Shown here one piece after another: positions 41,643 through 51,064 of a stretch of DNA of 64,000 bases. The DNA is taken from contig JBMNIH010000007.1 in the NCBI GenBank assembly GCA_050950825.1, positions 192,001 through 256,000 of the forward strand, in the 5' to 3' direction. The stretch's first letter is position 1, and the number at the start of each line of letters is the position of its first letter. Origin of the DNA: Clostridia bacterium (lineage in GTDB: Bacteria > Bacillota > Clostridia > JAAYHZ01). The position numbers and the translations under genes are program-made. Below the pieces are notes generated by a model. It was not told where the DNA came from, did not search any database, and was given only the letters and a program-made list of their open reading frames with translations.

Positions 41643-42548
41643 ATGGATATGGATAGTAGTAATGATATTAATATAAAGCAAAACACCGAAGAAATTCTTT
41701 TATATTTGTTTGCCCAGAGGAAATTGTACTCATTGAGTAAAAGAGCACTTCATATAATGTTATTTGTTAATCTTATTTTTTATGTTTTAGGATTAATCAA
41801 TACGATTCAGAGCAATAATTATTTTAAAGCGATATATGTTATTTGGGGGGTAACTTTTTGTATATTATATATTAGAGAAGGTGAAAGAATAAATACTGCT
41901 GCTACAATGCAGGAACTTATAGACAGAAAATTATATGGGTTCGATACATACGCTCCTTTTCTGAAAGTGACGAGCCTGCATAAAATAGCATTGGAATTAA
42001 AAACAAAGTTTCCAAAAGAGTTTATTGAACAAACAAGTCGTAATGGGCAGCAAAAAGGGGTTAAGGATTGGTATTCAGATGTATCAGGAGTTTCTATTGA
42101 AAAAGCAATTATACTTTGTCAAATAGAAAATAGTGATTGGGAAACTCAACTAAGAATGAAGTATCAAAAACTAAATATATTATTGCTTGTAATTTTGCTA
42201 TCAGTATATGTTGTTATTTTTTGGAATAATAGTGTAGAAAATTTAATAATAAAACTATACCCCATATTAACAATTGTAGTAGATAGACTTTCTTATATAT
42301 ATAAGAACTATAAAAACATTAAAAGTAGTAAAGATATTAACGATAGCCTATATCAAATTTATGAAAACATTGAGGAATTCACCAAAGAAGACATTTTAAA
42401 TAAAGCCAAAGAGATTCAACATTGTATTTATGAAAGAAGAAAAAACTTTTCTCCCATTCCCAATTTATTCTATCACCTAAATAGGGAGAAGTATCAAAGT
42501 TATTCGAACCAGTATATTTTGGATCTAAAGGAAAAACTAAAAAAGTAG
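41643..42548 (+). CDS. S-4TM family transmembrane CBASS effector
   Basis: KQN......LFAQRKLYS..KR, AA.MQELID..LY, DWY, CQ.EN..W, two pairs of TM segments, IPNLFY; abuts the CD-NTase stop. Confidence 0.85.
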   Translation: MDMDSSNDINIKQNTEEILLYLFAQRKLYSLSKRALHIMLFVNLIFYVLGLINTIQSNNYFKAIYVIWGVTFCILYIREGERINTAATMQELIDRKLYGFDTYAPFLKVTSLHKIALELKTKFPKEFIEQTSRNGQQKGVKDWYSDVSGVSIEKAIILCQIENSDWETQLRMKYQKLNILLLVILLSVYVVIFWNNSVENLIIKLYPILTIVVDRLSYIYKNYKNIKSSKDINDSLYQIYENIEEFTKEDILNKAKEIQHCIYERRKNFSPIPNLFYHLNREKYQSYSNQYILDLKEKLKK

Positions 42549-42570
42549 GCCATGGTAATGTTCATACTAC

Positions 42571-42607
42571 ACTTATCTGACTATTATGATTACATAATGT
42601 CAAAAGT
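42571..42607. other. Imperfect palindrome, candidate tyrosine-recombinase or regulator site
   Basis: ACTT-ATC-TGAC-T-ATTATG-ATTA-CATAAT-GTCA-A-AAGT; no U tract. Confidence 0.4.
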
Positions 42608-42661
42608 ACCAGAAAGTGAAAAAATTCCGCTTATATTATCCGGTGCACCCTTTTATTTAAC

Positions 42662-44053
42662 GATAGTGTCTTGTCAAGTGGTGTAAAATGATTTCTACTT
42701 TATCTTCCCTTCGTTTCATTTATGTAAGATAGCAATCGGAGCTAATGAAAACCCATTAGCCTGTGTAAGCTTTTCCATAGATTCTAAACTGAAGTATCGC
42801 CGCCCTACCTGCCATTCATCGTTCTGCTCCATAAGCATAGTACCTACAAGGCGAATAACGGCATCACGATTAGGAAATATGCATACAACATCAGTCCGAC
42901 GGCGTATCTCACGATTAAGCCGTTCCAATGGATTCGTAGAATGAATCTGTATCCAATGCTCACGGGGAAAGGCCATATACGCCAATATATCCTCTTCGGC
43001 TGCTTCAAGGATTTCCATTGCTTTCGGAAAACGCCCCCTCAGTTCATCTACCACATGTCTTAGCTGTTCCCTTGCGGATTCCTGATCATTTTGTGCAAAA
43101 ATGGTGCGTATGATTGAGGAGACCATTCCTTGGCACTTCTTCGGCACTTGGCTTAATACGTTCCGCATAAAATGTACTCGGCATCTTTGCCATGTGCTCC
43201 CGGTTAAAACCTTCTTTATGGCGGATTTTAACCCCTCATGGGCATCACTTACAACTAACTTCACCCCTTTAAGTCCCCTTGCTACAAGCTTTCTCAGAAA
43301 CTCTTCCCAAAAAGCTCCGTCTTCACTCATGCCGACATCAAAACCTAGTATCTCTCGTTCACCGGACTGATTTACACCTACGGCTATTACAAGTGCCATA
43401 CTGCATACTCTTCCACCTTCACGAACCTTAGGAAAAGTAGCATCAAGCCAAAGATAAGGGTATTCTCCTTCGAGTATGCGGTTCTTGAACTCGGTGACAA
43501 AGCCATCCAATTGCTTGCTGATCCCGGAAACTTCGCTTTTATCCATCCCTTTAATTCCGAGAGATTCTACCAACTCATCTACTTTTCTAGTGCTGACACC
43601 GTGCACATAAGCTTCCTGCACCACATTTAATAAAGCTTTTTCTGACATCTTCCGAGGCTCTAATAAACTTGGGAAATAGCTTCCATGCCTCAATTTGGGT
43701 ATGCTTAACTGTAACGTACCAAGGCGAGTATCCCATTCTCTTTGTCGGTATCCATTACGATGATTGTTCCGATTCTCACTTCGTTCATACTTTTCCGCAC
43801 CGATCATCGACGTAACTTCCGCATCCATCAGAGCATTGATTAACAGCGTAAGCGCTTCCTTTAAAAAATCCTTATCTTTTTCAACAACATACTTGCTAAG
43901 TTGCTCTAAAAGTGACATTCTATTTTTAGTAGCCACGGTATGACCTCCTTTACTTTATCTTTTTTATTTGAATCTAATAAAGTAAAAATCATATCGTGGT
44001 TACTCTTGTCAAGCATACTCCACGAAATTTACACCACTACTTAAGACTATAAC
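42662..44053 (-). mobile_element. IS256-family element, copy 2 (1392 bp)
   Basis: Same ends and same protein as copy 1; one non-coding difference noticed upstream of the transposase; flanks TATTTAAC and CAACCAAC are not duplicated. Confidence 0.93.
42716..43936 (-). CDS. IS256-family transposase
   Basis: Translation identical to 16077-17297. Confidence 0.97.
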   Translation of the reverse strand: MATKNRMSLLEQLSKYVVEKDKDFLKEALTLLINALMDAEVTSMIGAEKYERSENRNNHRNGYRQREWDTRLGTLQLSIPKLRHGSYFPSLLEPRKMSEKALLNVVQEAYVHGVSTRKVDELVESLGIKGMDKSEVSGISKQLDGFVTEFKNRILEGEYPYLWLDATFPKVREGGRVCSMALVIAVGVNQSGEREILGFDVGMSEDGAFWEEFLRKLVARGLKGVKLVVSDAHEGLKSAIKKVLTGSTWQRCRVHFMRNVLSQVPKKCQGMVSSIIRTIFAQNDQESAREQLRHVVDELRGRFPKAMEILEAAEEDILAYMAFPREHWIQIHSTNPLERLNREIRRRTDVVCIFPNRDAVIRLVGTMLMEQNDEWQVGRRYFSLESMEKLTQANGFSLAPIAILHK

Positions 44054-44279
44054 CAACCAACCGACTGCTGTTTTGATGTCGATTGAAAACTACAAGCAAA
44101 TTAAAAAATTACAAGAATTTTTTGAAAAGCTTGAGACACAAATATTACTTGAGCAAGCAATAGAAATTCAGAATAAATTAGATGAAAATCAAATGTTGAC
44201 TATGGAAGATGTTATGAATAAACATAACATTTCCGAAGAAGAACTGAAAAAGGCTATGGAAAGTGTGGAAATTGAATGA
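44054..44279 (+). pseudogene. Phd/YefM-type antitoxin, N-terminus removed by IS256
   Basis: Reads NQPTAVLMSIENY directly from the IS end (Phd-type NxPxAVL motif); acidic C-terminus; overlaps the toxin start. Confidence 0.7.
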
Positions 44280-44665
44280 TGTGGACCATAAAGTTTTCAC
44301 CTGAAGCAGATATAGACATTTCCAAATTGGATAGATCTTTAGTGTTACAAGTATTAGCAGAAATAAAAAAAGTTCGTTCTAATCCATTACCACATCCGAA
44401 TGGATATGGGAAACCTCTTGGTAACAAAGCAGGGAATAATTTGACAGGATTTTTTAAAATCAAGTATCGGGGAATCGGTATACGGGTAGTATACTCATTA
44501 GTTTTAAACAAACAAATTATGAATATTTTAATCATCTCAAAAAGGGATGATGATGAATGCTATAAAATGGCAGGGGCTCTTTATAAAAAGTATGGAAGTT
44601 CATTATTTGATGTAATTGGCATAAGAAGACGAACAGTTTTAGAGAAATTATCCCTAGCAGACTAA
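44276..44665 (+). CDS. RelE/ParE-family toxin
   Basis: W.I.FS.EA..DI.KLD, GKPL, LTGFFKIK, GIRVVY, R.D..CY. Confidence 0.85.
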   Translation: MMWTIKFSPEADIDISKLDRSLVLQVLAEIKKVRSNPLPHPNGYGKPLGNKAGNNLTGFFKIKYRGIGIRVVYSLVLNKQIMNILIISKRDDDECYKMAGALYKKYGSSLFDVIGIRRRTVLEKLSLAD

Positions 44666-44806
44666 CGTATTGCTGTTAAGTACCTAAAATGACTGTTTTT
44701 TATTGTCTTTTATTAACAACCATTATGTAATAGCTTTGTTTGCGTGCCTACCTTTGGATTAGATGGACGGCGCCCCTTTGGGAATCATCCGCGATACCCG
44801 AAAAAA

Positions 44807-46216
44807 TCAATTCATTGTTATGAAAACACCGTCGCAGGAGCCGGGGGTAACCGTAATTTCATCCGTGTTTTCCGTTCTTGTCCGTTCGCCGTGTTCATAT
44901 ACCGAAACCGTATATTTCCGTGCGAATTTAACCGTGATATTCTGTGAAGCGTACGGGTCGTAAATGTTCCGGCAGTTTACCAGCATAAGCGCGTTTCTTC
45001 CCTGCGTGTTTGCAAAATATCCCGCCAGCGCGGTACTTTCGCTTTCAATGCTTTTTACCGCGGGAATACCCGTAAAGCCCTGCGCCTTGTTGTTCTTTTT
45101 CTGCTTTCTGCAGGCAAAAACGAAATGATGATTAAGTCTTTTTGCCTTTGCGAATTCGACTCCAAGGCTTCGGTAATCCTTCAGCACGGGCGACAGCTTG
45201 GCAATTTCCGCATTGACTCTTTTCACATAGAGGTACTGCTCCGTAAGGTTGCCGTTGTAGTCTATAATGCCGATGGCGTCCCTGCCCCAGACGGGATTGT
45301 AGGATGCATGGATAATGCTTCGGCAGCCGTAGCAAAGGGAGGCGTAAACCTGCCATTTTATCATTTCGAAGGTTGTCATGGTATATAAATGCGAAAACCA
45401 CCTCATCTGACTCTGGATGTAAAGCCAAAAATCCTTTCCGTCGCGGCGGCAGGCGTTGCCGATTGTGTGGTAGGTATTCAGGTACAATGACATTCCGATC
45501 TTGTTCAATATCCTTGACGGATGGAAGGGATAGACGTCAACCGAAAGATAATCGGATTCCACCATGGAAGGAAACTTATCGACGTATTCCGCATAGGAAT
45601 TTTCGCCCCACACGCTCTTTATCCCCCAGTCGGGCAGCAGATTCGTAAAGACGAATCGGTCGGGAAAATGCTTCCGATATGCGCGATGGAATTTTTGGAC
45701 AAACCCGAAATCGCTTGAATGGGGCTCGTCGGAACAACAGTCGCCCACGGATGCCGGATGCGGCACGAAACGGTCTAACGGCGACGGATTTTCAACATCG
45801 GCACTCAAAAGGATACTCTTTAGAAATTTGCGGTTCTCTTTGCCGATAACGGCGATATTGTATTTTTCGCACCAATCGAGGATTTTCTTCGCATACTCCC
45901 CGTCGTTGCCGTTGATGATGAAATCAAAGCCCGCCTCCGAAATCAGCTTGATGTCGTTTTCCGTCACCTCGGGAACCCTTCCGAAAATCGTTGTACCGGA
46001 AAGAATTCTGTTCCTGTCGAGTCTTCCCCCGATATTCGCGGGCTTTCTCTCAACCGGCTGTCCTAGCTTTCCTTCGATAATCAGTTTTTTGTCCCGCTTT
46101 CGAATTTCCGTTTCGTTCTTCGTTTTTGCGGGCGACACAAACGCCATAAAATCCATCAGCGCCGTCAGATATTTATTGTCAAAGATGTCCGCCGCAATCT
46201 TAAGCTTTTTCTTCAT
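44807..46216 (-). CDS. Hypothetical protein, putative glycoside-hydrolase-like TIM barrel
   Basis: DEP, FTNLLP, YLSVDVYP, FWLYIQ, WQVY.SL.YG pattern resembles GH42-like/clan A barrels; no clear signal peptide. Confidence 0.5.
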   Translation of the reverse strand: MKKKLKIAADIFDNKYLTALMDFMAFVSPAKTKNETEIRKRDKKLIIEGKLGQPVERKPANIGGRLDRNRILSGTTIFGRVPEVTENDIKLISEAGFDFIINGNDGEYAKKILDWCEKYNIAVIGKENRKFLKSILLSADVENPSPLDRFVPHPASVGDCCSDEPHSSDFGFVQKFHRAYRKHFPDRFVFTNLLPDWGIKSVWGENSYAEYVDKFPSMVESDYLSVDVYPFHPSRILNKIGMSLYLNTYHTIGNACRRDGKDFWLYIQSQMRWFSHLYTMTTFEMIKWQVYASLCYGCRSIIHASYNPVWGRDAIGIIDYNGNLTEQYLYVKRVNAEIAKLSPVLKDYRSLGVEFAKAKRLNHHFVFACRKQKKNNKAQGFTGIPAVKSIESESTALAGYFANTQGRNALMLVNCRNIYDPYASQNITVKFARKYTVSVYEHGERTRTENTDEITVTPGSCDGVFITMN

Positions 46217-46518
46217 AGAACTACACCCTTCCTCCGCCCCGCGTTTTGTAGGGCCGACCTCTGTTGAAGAATATTCACCTGTTTCTACTTGTTGTTTGTC
46301 CTCCGGATTATTCTACCTTAGGAACATCACAATTTCAATAAAAAGGATTTGTATCCTTTTTTGTGTAACCGCAAAAAAGGGCTGCAGAGAGCTTTATAAT
46401 ACATATTTTCAATCTTCCATTTTCCGTCCCGTTTATATACAATAATCCTGTACAACTTAAGTTTATTCAGCCTTACGGTCGGTACCGACATCATATCAAA
46501 GGTAAGGAGAATCGAATT

Positions 46519-48759
46519 ATGAGCAGGAAAATTCCGTGGGGAACTCGTGTAGCATGGTATTTCTACAACAATCCCGAGTTTTTTGAAAAAACCGATGAAG
46601 ATTTTGAGAACGATGCCAAGGAGCTTGCCGAAAGGGGCATAACGGTCGTGATCTTATTTACCATGACCCATTTTCGCTGGAGCTTCTACCCTTATTGGGA
46701 TCGTATCAACAATCTTTTGCGAAGGATTTGCAATGCCTTCCATAAGTACGGCATCAAAGTGGTGGAGCACCACAGTACAAGTCTTTGCGAATGCCCTCTT
46801 CCCGAAGAGGAATGGGAAGACCGGGTAGGAGGCATCTTCCGTGAAAGAGGCTTGTATTTTACCTCCGACAAAGCCCGCTACGGACCTTATCTTGACCGTT
46901 GGTCGAAAATCAAGCCGTTTTTGTGCAATCCGGATTCCAAGGTGGAGGGGGTTCCCTTCTTATCTATAGTCCAAGTAGACGGCCGCACGGGGGCTCGCTC
47001 CGTATCCAATTACCAAACGAGCACCGTTTGCTACAATAACGAAGACTTCAGGCGTATCTATTTTTCCTATCTGGAATCCCTGTACAAATGCGGAATCGAC
47101 GGAATCATGACGGACGACGTACAGTTTTTTAGCGGCGGGAACGCCTGCGCTTGTTCCGTATGCCGCCGTCTTTTCAAAGAACAAACCGGATACGATTTGC
47201 CTTCTCCCGAGGAGTGGAACCAAGGTTTTATCGGCAATTACGACAATCCGGTGTTTGTTGCTTTTAACAGGTTTAAGCTGGAGAGCGCAAAGCGCTTTCA
47301 ATTGGACGTGGATGCTCATTTTCGGTCTTTGGGATACGATATGATTCGCATCGACTATTTCGGATGCTCTCTTTCTTGGCCGAATACCACCTCCTATCCT
47401 TTTCATCAATGTGCCCACGCAAAAGACCTCATATTCCAAGAGAATACCCGCTTAAATGTAACAAAGCTTTCTTGGCCTTCCTATTACTGTGCCGCGGTTT
47501 ACCTGTACGAATTGGGAAAGATGTATGACATTCCTTCCATGTCCGTCTTTTACGATTCGAAGGACTTTAGCATCTATTTCGGTTGGGCCATGTCCATAGC
47601 ATGGGGGCAGATGTTCAACGGTTCTTTCCCTTATACCCAAGAAACGAAAAGGGCCATAAAGCTGCTTCATAATTTTGAACGCCGTTACCCCGACATTGTG
47701 TATAACCAAAAAAAGCGGGCCGATGCCGCCGTGTTCTTTTCCACGGACATGCAAGATATTTGGCATGATACGTCCTTGGACATATGGAAAGCCGTTCCCG
47801 CTTGGCTTCAAGCCGGTGCCTTTTCCGGATTGTGCATGAGCATTGTAACCCACAAACAAGCGGAGCAGGTATCGGAGCTTAGCAAAAACAAAATCATTAT
47901 TGTTCCGAACACCTTAATGCTAAAGGACAGTGAAATTCAAAATTTAGGCGCTTATGCGAAAGAGGGAGGACGTCTGGTTTTATGCGGACAAGTCGGTATT
48001 TATGATGAAAATATGCGCCCTCGGCCCTACGATCGTATTAAAGAATTGCTGCAAAGTACCGTTACCCTAAAGCCTCTTTCGGAAAGCTTGTCCGTAACCC
48101 TTCCGGATTTAAGCCCCATGCCCTTTAATACCGTATACGAAGGCGGGGAAGTGTTGTACAACACGGATAAAGGCGCCGCCTGTGTTCGCGAAAAAGTGGG
48201 CTTAGGTGAAATCATATACATCGGTGTGGAATCCCAAAAGATTCCCGTCCACGGGACCGCACGAGGCAATCGTCCTACGGCCATAAAAGCCTCGCAGGAC
48301 GCCGAGCAGCTGGCACGGCCGAATCTTGCTCCGAGATACGCCGTTGATACATTACGAGCCACATTGGGACGTTTCTTGCTCGGCTTGGTTTCCGAGCCTG
48401 TCCTTTATGCGGACAAACAGAAAGAATACTTTACCGCCGTTTTCGATTCTCACGACGGCAAAAGCCGTATTGTCCATTTGGTGAATATTAAGGATACGCT
48501 GCAAGCGGAAGGAACGCCATATGCCTTTGAAACGGTGATTCGTGCCTTTGACATATTCAACGAGAACGGAAACGTACCCGAAAAGAACGGGGCCATAACG
48601 CTGGATGTGGAATGCGATTTTACGCCTTCCGCCGTTCGGATTCTAACGCCGGAGCGAACGGAACCCGTTGAAGTGTCTTTTGATTACGGCAAAAGACTGC
48701 AAATTCGTATTCCCGAAAACATATTCTCCGGGTATGCGGCGGTGGAAATATGCAAATAG
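46519..48759 (+). CDS. Hypothetical protein, GH42-like architecture (barrel, Cys cluster, trimerisation-like domain)
   Basis: HKYGIKVV, CYNN, GIDGIMTDD, CACSVCRRLF, later IIVPN...L..YAKEGGRLV. Confidence 0.55.
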   Translation: MSRKIPWGTRVAWYFYNNPEFFEKTDEDFENDAKELAERGITVVILFTMTHFRWSFYPYWDRINNLLRRICNAFHKYGIKVVEHHSTSLCECPLPEEEWEDRVGGIFRERGLYFTSDKARYGPYLDRWSKIKPFLCNPDSKVEGVPFLSIVQVDGRTGARSVSNYQTSTVCYNNEDFRRIYFSYLESLYKCGIDGIMTDDVQFFSGGNACACSVCRRLFKEQTGYDLPSPEEWNQGFIGNYDNPVFVAFNRFKLESAKRFQLDVDAHFRSLGYDMIRIDYFGCSLSWPNTTSYPFHQCAHAKDLIFQENTRLNVTKLSWPSYYCAAVYLYELGKMYDIPSMSVFYDSKDFSIYFGWAMSIAWGQMFNGSFPYTQETKRAIKLLHNFERRYPDIVYNQKKRADAAVFFSTDMQDIWHDTSLDIWKAVPAWLQAGAFSGLCMSIVTHKQAEQVSELSKNKIIIVPNTLMLKDSEIQNLGAYAKEGGRLVLCGQVGIYDENMRPRPYDRIKELLQSTVTLKPLSESLSVTLPDLSPMPFNTVYEGGEVLYNTDKGAACVREKVGLGEIIYIGVESQKIPVHGTARGNRPTAIKASQDAEQLARPNLAPRYAVDTLRATLGRFLLGLVSEPVLYADKQKEYFTAVFDSHDGKSRIVHLVNIKDTLQAEGTPYAFETVIRAFDIFNENGNVPEKNGAITLDVECDFTPSAVRILTPERTEPVEVSFDYGKRLQIRIPENIFSGYAAVEICK

Positions 48760-48828
48760 TTATATAAATTGAGTAACACCTTGATATATTTTTTATATAT
48801 CGACATCAAACATCTTTAGGAGGATAAA

Positions 48829-49146
48829 ATGATCGTTACAACTACACCGAATATTGAGGGAAAAAGGATTGTCGCTTACAAGGGCATCGTTTTCGGCGAA
48901 GTGGTCTCCGGCGTCAACTTTATAAAGGATTTTGCCGCAGGCTTGGCTAACTTTTTCGGAGGCCGTTCCGGCTCATACGAAGGCGAATTGATCGAAGCAA
49001 GGGAGGCGGCCATAAGGGAAATGAGCCAAAGGGCAATGAGCATAGGAGCCAATGCCGTTGTGGGAGTAGACATTGATTACGAAGTGCTAGGCCAAGGAAA
49101 CATGCTGATGGTGACGGCGTCCGGCACCGCGGTGGTGGTCGAATAA
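48829..49146 (+). CDS. YbjQ/UPF0145 family putative heavy-metal-binding protein
   Basis: [31 protein letters not shown]. Confidence 0.93.
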   Translation: MIVTTTPNIEGKRIVAYKGIVFGEVVSGVNFIKDFAAGLANFFGGRSGSYEGELIEAREAAIREMSQRAMSIGANAVVGVDIDYEVLGQGNMLMVTASGTAVVVE

Positions 49147-49159
49147 ACGGCAAAAAGAA

Positions 49160-51057
49160 GGGGCTGTTGCACTAAAAAGAAATAGTGCACAGCCTCTTTT
49201 TAATTGATAAAAAATAAATCCCGATGCCCAAGAAGCAAGGGATTTATGATAAAATAACAATATGAAAACCTTAAAACTTAATAAGAAGTATACATTTAAA
49301 CGAAGAAATTATCAACTAAAACTTCCAATAGAATTGGAATATAAAATTCCTGACGATGATCCGGTTCGCTTGTTGAGTCATTTTGTGGAGGAGATGGATT
49401 TAGAAGATTTGTATTCGACTTATTCTCGTATAAAGAGAAACCAAGCAAGCCCGCGTCAGATGCTTAAAATCTTAATTTACGCATACATGAATCATATTTA
49501 TTCATCAAGAGACATAGAAAAAGCATGTCGTCGCGATGTAAATTTTATGTACCTTTTAGAGGGTATGCCGGTACCTGATCATGCAACGTTTTCCAGGTTT
49601 CGAAGCTTGCATTTCACACCTTGTGCCAAAAGAATTTTGAGTGAAATGTCCGAATTTCTCTATGATATCGGAGAATTATCCGGCGACGCCATATTTATTG
49701 ACGGCACGAAAATAGAGGCGTGTGCAAACAAATACACTTTTGTCTGGAAAAGAGCGGTCACAAAAAATCAAGAGAAGTTGCTTGCAAAATTGGCGGATTT
49801 CTTCGCGGAATGCGAGGAAAAGTACGGAATCAAAATAGTATACAATAATCAAGTCGAAATGAAACACGTTAAAAAGTTACGCAAGAGACTGTATGCCATA
49901 AAGAAGGAAGAAAACATCGAGTTCGTACATGGAAAAGGGAAGAGAAAAACACCTTTCCAACGATCCATTGAGACTTTGGAGAATGATTTGGATAAGCTGA
50001 AGGAATATACGAAAAACATACATGTATGCGGAGACCGCAACAGTTTTTCAAAAACGGATCACGATGCGACGTTTATGAGAATGAAAGAGGACGCTATGGG
50101 CAACGGTCGGCTGAAAGCGGCATATAACATTCAGCATGGCGTTGACTCCGAGTACATAACATGGGTAACGGTGAATCAATGCACAACGGATGCACCGACT
50201 CTAATACCTTTTTTGAATGAAATGAGATCCCATTTAAAATTCAAATACAAAAAAGTTGTCGCGGACGCAGGATACGAAAGCGAAGAAAACTATATTTACT
50301 TGGATAAAAACGGCCAATCGGCGTATATTAAACCGTTAAATTACGAACAATCCAAAACCAAGAAATATAAAAATGACATTGGTCTTATGGAAAATATGGA
50401 ATACCATGCAGAAGGAGATTATTACGTCTGTCATAACAAGAGAAAACTTGTCGTTAGCGATATAATAAAGAAAAGAAGCAAAAACGGATTTTTGAGCGAG
50501 AAAACGTATACATGCGAAGATTGCAGTGATTGCTCCTTCAAAAGTAAATGTATAAAAGGAAATAGCAAGATTCCGTTGACTGAAAGGGTAAAAAGACTTC
50601 ACGTGGCGAAGGAATTTATCCGACAACGAGAAAAAGCCATGGAAAGAATACGGAGCGAAGAAGGCTGCATGCTTAGAATAAACAGAAGCATACAGGCGGA
50701 AGGATCTTTCGGAACAATAAAGCAGGACATGGGATTTCGGAGATTTTTGTGCAGAGGTAAGGCGAATGTACTTGCCGAGAGCATACTACTGGCTATGGCT
50801 TTTAACGTAAATAAGCTTCACAGTAAAATTCAAGCCGGACGAACCGGTACACATCTTTTTCAATTTGAAAATAGTGCTTAAGTGAAAACAAATTAAAGAA
50901 AAAGCCGATTATTACAAAAGGTGTATTAAGTGCACCCTTTTTTAGTAATCGGCTTCTTTGTTGATTAAAATTAATTAAAATTCCTTAAATTCAAGGTAAA
51001 ATATTGAAAAAGAGGCAGTGCATCAGAAGTTTAAAAAACCTCTAATGCAACAGCCCC
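49160..51057 (+). mobile_element. IS1182-family element, copy 2 (coordinates include the GGGGCTGTTGCA / TGCAACAGCCCC arms)
   Basis: Near-identical to copy 1; lies between convergent ybjQ-like and tetR genes. Confidence 0.9.
49262..50881 (+). CDS. IS1182-family transposase
   Basis: PDHATFSRFR, FIDGTKIEACANKY, SKTDHDATFMRMKED, VADAGYESEENY, RSIQAEGSFG. Confidence 0.93.
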   Translation: MKTLKLNKKYTFKRRNYQLKLPIELEYKIPDDDPVRLLSHFVEEMDLEDLYSTYSRIKRNQASPRQMLKILIYAYMNHIYSSRDIEKACRRDVNFMYLLEGMPVPDHATFSRFRSLHFTPCAKRILSEMSEFLYDIGELSGDAIFIDGTKIEACANKYTFVWKRAVTKNQEKLLAKLADFFAECEEKYGIKIVYNNQVEMKHVKKLRKRLYAIKKEENIEFVHGKGKRKTPFQRSIETLENDLDKLKEYTKNIHVCGDRNSFSKTDHDATFMRMKEDAMGNGRLKAAYNIQHGVDSEYITWVTVNQCTTDAPTLIPFLNEMRSHLKFKYKKVVADAGYESEENYIYLDKNGQSAYIKPLNYEQSKTKKYKNDIGLMENMEYHAEGDYYVCHNKRKLVVSDIIKKRSKNGFLSEKTYTCEDCSDCSFKSKCIKGNSKIPLTERVKRLHVAKEFIRQREKAMERIRSEEGCMLRINRSIQAEGSFGTIKQDMGFRRFLCRGKANVLAESILLAMAFNVNKLHSKIQAGRTGTHLFQFENSA

Positions 51058-51064
51058 TTTCTTC

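Larger units (their letters stand above)
15491..44740. mobile_element. AT-rich defence island downstream of rpsI (right boundary approximate)
   Basis: Visible drop in GC against the flanks; carries BREX, CBASS, a TA pair, a recombinase and several IS/transposons; host-like composition resumes near 44740. Confidence 0.8.

Noticed and set aside
44666-44806. A second Tn7-like end or a duplicated rpsI 3' end (attR) at the right island boundary
   Set aside because: No GAGCAAACT motif and no repeat of the rpsI terminus were found; the boundary is defined by composition only.
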